Assembly (NCBI GenBank): GCA_044229445.1
Contig: JBGASX010000004.1
Location: 18,165-82,164, forward strand
DNA from: Gemmatimonadales bacterium
Lineage (GTDB): Bacteria; Gemmatimonadota; Gemmatimonadetes; Gemmatimonadales; GWC2-71-9
DNA length: 64,000 bases
Direction of reading: 5' to 3'
The notes under the pieces were generated by a model. That model saw nothing but the letters and a program-made list of their open reading frames with translations. It did not search any database and was not told the DNA's origin. Position numbers and translations under genes: made by a program. This document shows, piece by piece, positions 9,163 through 17,018 of this stretch; within the stretch, counting starts at the first letter, position 1; each line of letters opens with the position of its first letter.

Positions 9163-10347
9163 ATGCCTGCCACCCTCGATCCCGCGCGGTTGCGCGACGT
9201 TGCGCTCCGGCCGATCGCCGAGAAGGTTCTCGCGAAGCAGCGGCTTCTCGCCGATGATGCCCGCGTCCTCTACGCCACGCATGATCTGATCGGTCTCGGC
9301 CTGATCGCCGACTACGCGAATGCGCGCAGCAACGGCGACCGGGTCTTCTTCTCCGCCAATCAGCACATCAATCCGACCAACGTCTGCATTCTCCGCAACA
9401 CCTGCGTGTTCTGTTCGTTCGCGCGGATGCCGAAGGAGGATGGGGCCTACACCCGCTCGCTCGACGAGGTGTACGCCGAGGCGGAGCAGGCACGGGGCGG
9501 ACCGACGCGCGAGTTCCACATCGTCGGCGGTCTGCATCCGAAGCTCCCGCTGTCGTACTACACCGACATGATCCGCGGGCTCAAGGAGCGGCACCCCCAG
9601 GTGCACATCAAGGCGCTGACCGCCGTGGAGATCGCGCATCTGGCGCGGATCGAGAAGACCAGCGTGCGCGAGGTGCTTATCGCCATGAAGGAGGCGGGGC
9701 TCACCAGTCTGCCAGGCGGAGGGGCGGAGGTCTTCTCGACGGCGGTGCGGGCTACGATCGCCGAGCGGAAGCTGACCGGCGAGGAGTGGCTTTCGGTCCA
9801 CCGCGAGGCGCACCTGCTGGGGATTCCGACCAACTGCACCATGCTCTACGGTCACGTTGAAACGGCGGACGACCGAATCGAGCACCTGAGCGCGCTCCGC
9901 GGGCTCCAGGACGAAACCGGTGGTTTCCTGACCTACATCCCGCTCGCCTATCACCCCGATCACAACGATCTGGGCGAGGAGCTGGGGCGGGTGGGAACGG
10001 CGACGACGGGCTACGAGGATCTCAAGAACATCGCGGTCGGGCGGCTCTTCCTCGACAACATCCCGCACATCAAGACGCACTGGCCCATGGTGACCCCGTT
10101 CCTGTCGCAGATCGCGCTCAGCTTCGGCTGCGACGACGTCGAGGGCACGGTGGTGTACGAGCGGATCTATCACCAGGCGGGCGCGACGACCGAGATGCAC
10201 ATGCATTACCGTGACCTGGTGGGGCTGATCCAGGGTGCGGGGAAGCGGCCCGTCGAGCGGGACAGCCTGTACCAGCCGGTCCGGGAGCAGTTCGACGATC
10301 TCGAACTCGGCCCGGAAGCCGGTCAGCCGGCCGTGCACGCCGCATGA
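9163..10347 (+). CDS. mqnE: Radical SAM menaquinone (futalosine pathway) enzyme, probably aminofutalosine synthase
   Basis: Radical-SAM cluster motif NPTNVCILRNTCVFCSFA and C-terminal GCDDVEGTVVYERIYHQAGA. It sits next to mqnA and a second paralogous radical SAM gene. The MqnE versus MqnC assignment is from memory of family signatures. Confidence 0.7.
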   Translation: MPATLDPARLRDVALRPIAEKVLAKQRLLADDARVLYATHDLIGLGLIADYANARSNGDRVFFSANQHINPTNVCILRNTCVFCSFARMPKEDGAYTRSLDEVYAEAEQARGGPTREFHIVGGLHPKLPLSYYTDMIRGLKERHPQVHIKALTAVEIAHLARIEKTSVREVLIAMKEAGLTSLPGGGAEVFSTAVRATIAERKLTGEEWLSVHREAHLLGIPTNCTMLYGHVETADDRIEHLSALRGLQDETGGFLTYIPLAYHPDHNDLGEELGRVGTATTGYEDLKNIAVGRLFLDNIPHIKTHWPMVTPFLSQIALSFGCDDVEGTVVYERIYHQAGATTEMHMHYRDLVGLIQGAGKRPVERDSLYQPVREQFDDLELGPEAGQPAVHAA

Positions 10348-11165
10348 GACTCGGACGGATCCCGTACATCAACTGCTATCCGGTCTACGGCGCGATCGAC
10401 CGGGGACTGGTCCCCATGCCGGCCGACGTGGTGACCGCAACGGCGGCGGATCTGAACGACCTGATGGCGGCGGGAGAGCTCGACCTGAGCGTCGTCTCCG
10501 CGGTGGAGTATGCGCGCGACGCGGCGGCGTATCACCTGCTGCCCGATCTCGCGATCAGCTGCGACGGGCCGGTGCACAGCGTGAAGCTCTTCTCGAAGCG
10601 CCCCGTGACCGAACTCGAGGGCGCGACGGTACTCCGCAGCTCCTCCTCGAGGACCTCGGTGCTGCTGCTCGAACTCCTCTGCCGGCATCGCTGGCGGGTC
10701 GCACCGCGTTTCGCGACGGTCCGGGCCGAGCCGGCGGATCTGGGGTCGCTCGCAAACTTCCCGCACGAGGCCGTCCTCGTGATCGGCGATGCGGCGCTGC
10801 TGCTCGCGGCGTCGGATGTGTACCCGGTCCAGGTGGATCTGGGGGCCGCATGGAAGGAATGGACCGGCCTGCCGTTCGTGTTCGCGGTATGGGCGGCCCG
10901 CCGCGCGGCCGACCAGGGTCAAGTGCGCGACATCCACGCCCGGCTCCTGGAATCGCGTATGTGGGGACTCGCCAACCTGGAGCAGCTTTCGGATCAGGCG
11001 TGGGCCACCACGGGGATCCCGCGTGCGGTCTGTCGCGCCTATCTCGGCGATCTCGACTACAGCTTCTCCTACCGGCATCTGGCCGGTCTGACGGATTTCT
11101 TCCGCCGGCTGGCGCAGGATGGGCTGGTGCCGGACGGATCGCTCTCATTCATCACCGCGGCGTAG
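10344..11165 (+). CDS. mqnA: Chorismate dehydratase (MqnA family, periplasmic-binding-protein-like fold)
   Basis: N-terminus MRLGRIPYINCYPVY, typical of MqnA rather than MqnD (which has SPCPNDT). ATGA overlap with the upstream gene. Confidence 0.7.
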   Translation: MRLGRIPYINCYPVYGAIDRGLVPMPADVVTATAADLNDLMAAGELDLSVVSAVEYARDAAAYHLLPDLAISCDGPVHSVKLFSKRPVTELEGATVLRSSSSRTSVLLLELLCRHRWRVAPRFATVRAEPADLGSLANFPHEAVLVIGDAALLLAASDVYPVQVDLGAAWKEWTGLPFVFAVWAARRAADQGQVRDIHARLLESRMWGLANLEQLSDQAWATTGIPRAVCRAYLGDLDYSFSYRHLAGLTDFFRRLAQDGLVPDGSLSFITAA

Positions 11166-11201
11166 CGCGGCCTGCGGGCCGCTTCCATCAAGGATCTGGG
11201 C

Positions 11202-12266
11202 ATGCACAGCGTTGACCGGTCGTCGGGCGAATTCCGCGAAGCCCTCGAGCTGTATGAGCGGGCGAGCCTCCTCGAGCTGGGTGAGATGGCGGACCGGGTG
11301 CGCTGGCAGCTGCATCCTGATCCGGTGGTCACCTACATCATCGATCGCAACATCAACTACACCAACGTCTGCGTCGCCGACTGCGGCTTCTGCGCCTTCG
11401 CGCGCCGGCCGAAGCATGGTGAAGGCTACGTGCTCAGCTTCGAGCAGGTCGGCAAGAAGATCGACGAGTGCAAGGATCTCGGCGGCGTACAGATCCTGAT
11501 CCAGGGCGGTCACAATCCGTACATCCCGTTCGAGTGGTACCTCGACCTGATGCGGTACATCAAGGAACACCACCGGATCCACATTCACGGCTTTTCGCCG
11601 TCGGAGGTGGTGTTCTTCTCGGAGCGATTCCGGATGCCGGTCGCCGAGGTCATCCGCGAATTGCGCGCGGCGGGACTCGACAGCATCCCGGGCGGCGGGG
11701 GCGAGATCCTGGTGGACGCGGTGCGCCAGCGGGTCGCCCCGAAGAAGGCCCAGACCGACGACTGGCTCGGCGTGCAGGAAGAGGCCCATCGCCAGGGGCT
11801 CCGGACCACGGTCAGCATGATGTATGGCATGGGAGAGTCCAACGCCGACCGGATCGAGCATCTCTTCCGGGTGCGGGACGTCCAGTCGCGCACCGGCGGG
11901 TTCACGGCGTTCATCGCCTGGCCGCTCCAGCCGGAGGGCACGCCGGAGATGTCGTCCAGTCCCAAGACTGACGCCGTGACCTATCTCCGCACGCTCGCGG
12001 TTGCGCGCATCGTGCTGGACAATGTGCCGAGCCTGCAGGCCTCGTGGGTCACGATGGGGCACAAGGTGGGACAGGTCGCGCTGCGGTTCGGGGCCAACGA
12101 CTACGGCAGCCTGATGATGGAGGAGAACGTCGTCTCCGCCGCCGGCACGACGCATCGGAGTACCATCAACGAGATGGAGCGGATGATTCGCGATGCCGGG
12201 TTCGAGCCGCGCCGGCGCCGTCAGGACTATTCGATGGTCGACGCCACCGCGATCGCGGCGGCGTGA
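11202..12266 (+). CDS. mqnC: Radical SAM cyclic dehypoxanthinyl futalosine synthase
   Basis: NINYTNVCVADCGFCAFA motif, and GANDYGSLMMEENVVSAAG near the C-terminus. Confidence 0.7.
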   Translation: MHSVDRSSGEFREALELYERASLLELGEMADRVRWQLHPDPVVTYIIDRNINYTNVCVADCGFCAFARRPKHGEGYVLSFEQVGKKIDECKDLGGVQILIQGGHNPYIPFEWYLDLMRYIKEHHRIHIHGFSPSEVVFFSERFRMPVAEVIRELRAAGLDSIPGGGGEILVDAVRQRVAPKKAQTDDWLGVQEEAHRQGLRTTVSMMYGMGESNADRIEHLFRVRDVQSRTGGFTAFIAWPLQPEGTPEMSSSPKTDAVTYLRTLAVARIVLDNVPSLQASWVTMGHKVGQVALRFGANDYGSLMMEENVVSAAGTTHRSTINEMERMIRDAGFEPRRRRQDYSMVDATAIAAA

Positions 12267-12742
12267 TGTTCCGCACCGGCATCGGGTACGATTCCCACCG
12301 GCTGGTGGAAGGGCGCCCCCTCATCCTCGGTGGCCAGCGCATTCCCTTTGAGAAGGGGCTGGCCGGGCATTCGGATGCCGACGCCGTGGCGCACGCCCTG
12401 ACCGACGCGCTGCTGGGTGCCGCTGCCGCCGGGGATATCGGTCAGTTGTTCCCCGACAGCGATCCGCAGTGGAAGAACGCGGACTCGATCACGCTGTTGC
12501 AGCAGGCGGCGGAACTGATCCGTTACCGCGGGTTCGCGCCTCGCCAGGCCGACATCACCGTGATTGCGGAGCGGCCCAAGCTCGGCAGCTACTTCCCCGC
12601 GATGGCCGAGGCACTGAGCCGGGCCACGGGCATTCCCGCGAGCTGTCTTGGTCTCAAGGCGAAGACCAACGAGGGGATGGGATTCGTCGGACGGGGGGAG
12701 GGGATCGCGGTCATCGCGGTCGCGACTGTGGAGGCGGTGTGA
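12266..12742 (+). CDS. ispF: 2-C-methyl-D-erythritol 2,4-cyclodiphosphate synthase
   Basis: MFRTGIGYDSHRL...GHSDADAVAHALTDALLGA..GDIGQLFPD are classic IspF motifs. The ATG at 12266 overlaps the mqnC stop by 1 nt. Confidence 0.92.
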   Translation: MFRTGIGYDSHRLVEGRPLILGGQRIPFEKGLAGHSDADAVAHALTDALLGAAAAGDIGQLFPDSDPQWKNADSITLLQQAAELIRYRGFAPRQADITVIAERPKLGSYFPAMAEALSRATGIPASCLGLKAKTNEGMGFVGRGEGIAVIAVATVEAV

Positions 12743-13794
12743 TGGAGCGGTTCGTGGCGTGGCTGGTCGAACTCTCGCCACTCACGATCTACCTGGTCAT
12801 CGCGGTCGCCACGTTCATCGAGAATGTGTTCCCGCCGATTCCGTCCGACCTGACGGTCGCCCTCGGTGGTTTCCTCACCCAGCACAGCGCAGTCACCGCC
12901 GTCCCGATCTGGCTGGCCGGCTGGCTCGGCAATTTCGCGGGCTCCGTCGCGGTCTATTTCGTGGCCGGCAAGTATGGACGCCGGTTCGTCGCGAGCCCGA
13001 TCGGGCGGCGGCTCCTTCCCGGCGAGGCGATCATCGCGATGGAGCGGGAGTACCTCCGCTTCGGCGTCGCCGGGATTTTCCTTGCCCGGCTCCTTCCCGG
13101 GTTCCGTAGTTTCATCGCGCCGTTCGTCGGACTCGTCGGGCTCCCTCCCCTCCGGGCGCTGCTCCCGATCGCGCTCGCTTCCGCCATCTGGTACGGATTC
13201 CTCGCGTGGGTGGGCGTCCGCCTCGGCGCCGAGTGGGAAGCGATCAGCCGCTTCATGTCACACCTGAACCGCGGGCTCGCGATCGTGGCCGTCGTGATGG
13301 CCCTCGGGATCGGATTCGTGGTGTGGCGCCGAAGCAAGGCGCAGGGACCGCGCCGGAATCGGTTACTCCGGCTGATCGGGGCGGCGCTCGGTGATGAGGC
13401 GGCCGCGGCCGAGGCGGGAGCCGGTCCCGACATGGCGACCGAGGGGGCGGCCGCATTGCTGCACGAACTCACTCACGCCGACCCGGCGTTCACGCTCGAC
13501 GAGCGCACGGCCATCGCCGAGTACCTGCGGAGCCGCTGGGGCCTCGGGCAGGCTCCCCGGCAGACGCAGGGGCTCTCCGCTGTGCAACCGGCCGATACCC
13601 GCGAGCTGGTCACGACCGTCGCGGACCGGTTCGATCAGACCCGGCGCATGGGACTCGCGGAACGACTCTACCGCATTGCCCGAAGTGATGGAACGCTGAG
13701 CAAGCACGAGGAGCGCCTGATGCTCCGGATCGGCGACCTGCTCGGCCTCGGCCCGGAGGCACTCGCCGAGGCCAGGCGCCGGGCGTCCTCGTGA
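12742..13794 (+). CDS. DedA/VTT-family membrane protein fused to a C-terminal TerB-like (DjlA-N-like) soluble domain
   Basis: The N-terminal half has FIENVFPPIPSD and about 4-5 TM helices. The C-terminal ~130 aa (...ERTAIAEYL...LAERLYRIARSDGTLSKHEERLMLRIGDLLGL) has the TerB-type pattern. The ATG at 12742 overlaps the ispF stop by 1 nt. Confidence 0.7.
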   Translation: MERFVAWLVELSPLTIYLVIAVATFIENVFPPIPSDLTVALGGFLTQHSAVTAVPIWLAGWLGNFAGSVAVYFVAGKYGRRFVASPIGRRLLPGEAIIAMEREYLRFGVAGIFLARLLPGFRSFIAPFVGLVGLPPLRALLPIALASAIWYGFLAWVGVRLGAEWEAISRFMSHLNRGLAIVAVVMALGIGFVVWRRSKAQGPRRNRLLRLIGAALGDEAAAAEAGAGPDMATEGAAALLHELTHADPAFTLDERTAIAEYLRSRWGLGQAPRQTQGLSAVQPADTRELVTTVADRFDQTRRMGLAERLYRIARSDGTLSKHEERLMLRIGDLLGLGPEALAEARRRASS

Positions 13795-14702
13795 GCCGGA
13801 CCGAGGCGGCGGAACGCACCTGGCTGCTCGAGCTGTTCCGCGATTACCTCGCCCTCGAAGCGGGTCATAGCGCGAACACCATCGAGAGTTACCTTCGCGA
13901 CCTCCGGCGTTTCGTGTCCTGGGGAGATACGCTCGGCCTCCACGGTCCGGATGCCGTGACGCGAAAACAGCTTCGGGAATTCGTCTACGCGCTGAAGGAT
14001 CTGGGGTTATCGGCGGCGACCATCCGGCGCCAGGTCTCGGCGATCCGGACCTATTACGGGTTCCTGCTGGCCGAGGGCCGCGCCGAAACCGATCCGAGCG
14101 ACCGGCTGGAGATGCCCCGGCGCGGGCGACAGCTGCCTGACACCCTGTCGGTCGCGGATATGGAAGCCCTGCTCGCGGCCCCACAGGCCGACGAACCGAT
14201 GGCCTGGCGCGACCGCGCGCTGCTCGAGCTGGGTTATGGGGCAGGGCTCCGCGTGTCCGAACTGTGCGGGCTCACCCTTCCCAATCTGCTGCTCGGTGAG
14301 GGGCTGGTCCGGGTGTTCGGCAAAGGATCCAAGGAGCGCCTCGTCCCGATCGGGCGGAATGTGATCGGTGCGGTCTCCGTCTACCTCCACCAGGTCCGCC
14401 CGTCGCTCGACCGGGGTGCGACGAAGGAGCGGGTGCTCCTCAACGCGCGCGGGGCGCCGCTCTCACGGGTCGGGGCGTGGGGTGTCGTGAAGCGCTGCGC
14501 CCGAGTTGCGGGGATCCGGAAACGGGTCACGACGCATACGCTCCGGCACTCGTTCGCGACCCACCTGCTGGAAGGCGGGGCCGACCTGCGTGCCGTGCAG
14601 GAGATGCTGGGACATGCCGATCTCTCGACGACCCAGATCTATACCCACGTGGACCGGGAATACCTGCGCTCTGTTCATCGTCAGTTCCATCCCCGAGGCT
14701 GA
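13791..14702 (+). CDS. xerD: Tyrosine site-specific recombinase XerD
   Basis: LSANT-like N-terminal SAM-like domain (HSANTIESYLRDLRRF). Catalytic region RVSELCGL...HTLRHSFATHLLEGGADLRAVQEMLGHADLSTTQIYTHV. Confidence 0.85.
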   Translation: MSRTEAAERTWLLELFRDYLALEAGHSANTIESYLRDLRRFVSWGDTLGLHGPDAVTRKQLREFVYALKDLGLSAATIRRQVSAIRTYYGFLLAEGRAETDPSDRLEMPRRGRQLPDTLSVADMEALLAAPQADEPMAWRDRALLELGYGAGLRVSELCGLTLPNLLLGEGLVRVFGKGSKERLVPIGRNVIGAVSVYLHQVRPSLDRGATKERVLLNARGAPLSRVGAWGVVKRCARVAGIRKRVTTHTLRHSFATHLLEGGADLRAVQEMLGHADLSTTQIYTHVDREYLRSVHRQFHPRG

Positions 14703-14708
14703 GATCCG

Positions 14709-16070
14709 GTGAGCCGACGATTCGGTACGGTGCTGCTCCTCGCGACCGTGGGCTGCGCGACCTACCACGCCCGCCCGCTCGACCTCCCGGCTGGCACCGC
14801 GAACTACAACGCGGGAAGTCTCGGCGCTGCCTCACTGGCGGCTGCGCTCGACTCCCTCGGCGTGCGTCGTTCCGCGCAAGGATGGAACGACTGGGCGCTC
14901 GCCCAGGCGGCCTGGGTGCTACGGCCCGAGCGCGCCCGGCTGGCCGCCGAAGTGCGGGTCGCCGAAGCCGCACGGATCACGGCGGGAGCCCGCGAGGCTC
15001 CCGGTCTCAACACCGAAACGGAGTACTCCTTCAGCGGCACCGGCGGAGAGTCCCGCTGGGGCCTCGCCGTGAGCGGCGTGTTCACGGTCGAACTCGGCGG
15101 CAAGCGCGGGGCCAGAATCGGCCGGGCGAACGCAGGGGTGCTCGCCGCCATCGCGCGCCGGGATGAAGAGGCCTGGGCGATTCGCTGGCGGGTGCATGAG
15201 GCGTCGGTGCTGCTGGCGATCGGCCAGGCCCTGATGACTGCCACGGAGCGCGAACGCGGGATCGCCGATTCGGTCGCCGGACTCGTCCGACGCCGATTCG
15301 ATGACGGCGCGCTGTCGGCGACCGACGTCGCTCGCGCCAACGCGAGCGCCCAGAGCGCACGCGCCGAGGCGGCAGCCAGTCGGCGCGATGTGGCGGAGCG
15401 CCGGGCGGAGCTGGCTGTGGCGGTGGGCGTCCCGATCTCCGACCTGGAGCGTGTCGTGCTTCTGACGGACTCCACGCTTGGGTGTGGTGAGAGCCGGTCC
15501 CGGGACTCCCTTCAGCGCATGGCGCTCGAGGCGCGGCCGAGTCTCCGGCGGACGCTGGCCGAGTATCAGGTCGCGGAAGCGGAGGTGCGGGTCGAGGTCG
15601 CGAAGAGCTGGCCGGATCTGCAACTTGGGCCGGGACTCTTCTTCGACCATGGCGTCGGCAAGTGGACGATCGGGTTCGGCGCACCCACGCTTCCGCTGCA
15701 TGGCAATCGTGGACCGATCGCGGAGGCCGAGGCCCGGCGCGAGGTGGCGGCGGCTCGCGTGGCCGAAGCCCAGCAGCAGATCTTGGCTGAGGTGGAGCAG
15801 GCCGTGGCTGGCTGCGCGGCCGCGAACGAAGAAGCCAGCTCGCTCGAGCTGGGCGCGATCCGGCAGCGACTCGCGATGGCTGATTCAGCCTACGCGCGTG
15901 GGGAAGCGGGGCGGCTCGAGGTCGAACTGGCCCGCCTCGAAGTGACCAGCGCGGAGCGACGACTCGCGGAGGTGCGCGGGCGGGTCACAGTGGCGGGACT
16001 GGGACTGGAACGGGCGATCGGGCAGTGGGGGCCGGAGTCGGCAACCGCGGAGGAGAGGGAGGGTCGGTGA
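14709..16070 (+). CDS. Outer-membrane efflux protein (TolC/CzcC family) of RND system
   Basis: Lipoprotein-like leader MSRRFGTVLLLATVGC, Ala/Arg-rich coiled-coil repeats typical of OMF proteins, and a position upstream of MFP and RND genes. Confidence 0.75.
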   Translation: MSRRFGTVLLLATVGCATYHARPLDLPAGTANYNAGSLGAASLAAALDSLGVRRSAQGWNDWALAQAAWVLRPERARLAAEVRVAEAARITAGAREAPGLNTETEYSFSGTGGESRWGLAVSGVFTVELGGKRGARIGRANAGVLAAIARRDEEAWAIRWRVHEASVLLAIGQALMTATERERGIADSVAGLVRRRFDDGALSATDVARANASAQSARAEAAASRRDVAERRAELAVAVGVPISDLERVVLLTDSTLGCGESRSRDSLQRMALEARPSLRRTLAEYQVAEAEVRVEVAKSWPDLQLGPGLFFDHGVGKWTIGFGAPTLPLHGNRGPIAEAEARREVAAARVAEAQQQILAEVEQAVAGCAAANEEASSLELGAIRQRLAMADSAYARGEAGRLEVELARLEVTSAERRLAEVRGRVTVAGLGLERAIGQWGPESATAEEREGR

Positions 16071-17017
16071 GGCGAACGACAATGCTGCTCGCGACGGTGC
16101 TGGCCGCAGGCGGGTGCGGCCCTGCGCCCAAGCCGGGCAACGACGAGTCGGGAGTGGCGGAGCAGCCGGCCGCGAAGACCGCTGCCGTCGGCGCCGAGCG
16201 CGCCATCGTCCTCGACAGCGCAACGGTCGCGCGCATCGGCCTCAGGACGGTTGCGCTCGCGCGAAGCGAGCGGGTTCCGGAGGTCGAGCTGCCGGCCGAA
16301 GTCGTCGAGGATCCCGGGGCGGGGACCAGCGTACGGTCGGGCGTCAGTGGCCGCCTGACGGAAGCAGGCGGTCGGTCGTGGCCGAGCGTGGGCGAGTCGA
16401 TCGCAGCTGGCGAGACCATCGCACAGGTGGGAGATGCGCGGCCGATCGTGGCGCCTCGCGGTGGGACTGTCGTGGCGCTGCTGGCACAGCCCGGGGAACT
16501 CGTGCAGGCCGGACAGGAGTTGCTGCGACTCACCGATTTCCGCACCGCCCTTGTTCGCGTGAGCTTCGACTCGGCGGAGGCCCAGCCACCGGCCTCCCTG
16601 GAATTCTCGCTCGGCGCTGTCCACCAGCGCCGGACCGGCCGGCTTCAAGGTCCTGCCCCCGAGGCCGATCCGCTCACGCGCATGCCGGCCTGGCTCTACC
16701 GCCTCCAGGGCACGGCGGGGCTCCGTCCCGGGGTCGTGGTGGTGGCGTATCGCCCCGACGCGCGCGCGGCCGCGGGAGGAGTGCTGGTCCCGAGTGATGC
16801 CGTCGTACAGTGGGATGCGCTCGCCTGGGCATTCGTTGAACGCGCGCCGGGGACCTACGTCCGGGTACGGGTGCCGACCGAGCTTGCGGTACCGGGCGGC
16901 TGGCTTGTTCAGCAGGGAGTGAGCGCGGGTGATCGAGTCGTCGTGACCGGTGCAGGCCAGCTCCTCTCGGAGGAGTTCCGGGCGCGCATCTCCGTCGGGC
17001 AGGAGGTCGGAGAGTAG
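16067..17017 (+). CDS. RND efflux periplasmic adaptor (membrane fusion protein, CzcB/CusB-like)
   Basis: The GTG at 16067 overlaps the OMF stop (GTGA). Leader RRTTMLLATVLAAGGC, a beta-barrel/lipoyl-like pattern, and a location between OMF and RND genes. An ATG at 16082 is an alternative start. Confidence 0.7.
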   Translation: MRRTTMLLATVLAAGGCGPAPKPGNDESGVAEQPAAKTAAVGAERAIVLDSATVARIGLRTVALARSERVPEVELPAEVVEDPGAGTSVRSGVSGRLTEAGGRSWPSVGESIAAGETIAQVGDARPIVAPRGGTVVALLAQPGELVQAGQELLRLTDFRTALVRVSFDSAEAQPPASLEFSLGAVHQRRTGRLQGPAPEADPLTRMPAWLYRLQGTAGLRPGVVVVAYRPDARAAAGGVLVPSDAVVQWDALAWAFVERAPGTYVRVRVPTELAVPGGWLVQQGVSAGDRVVVTGAGQLLSEEFRARISVGQEVGE

Positions 17018-17018
17018 C

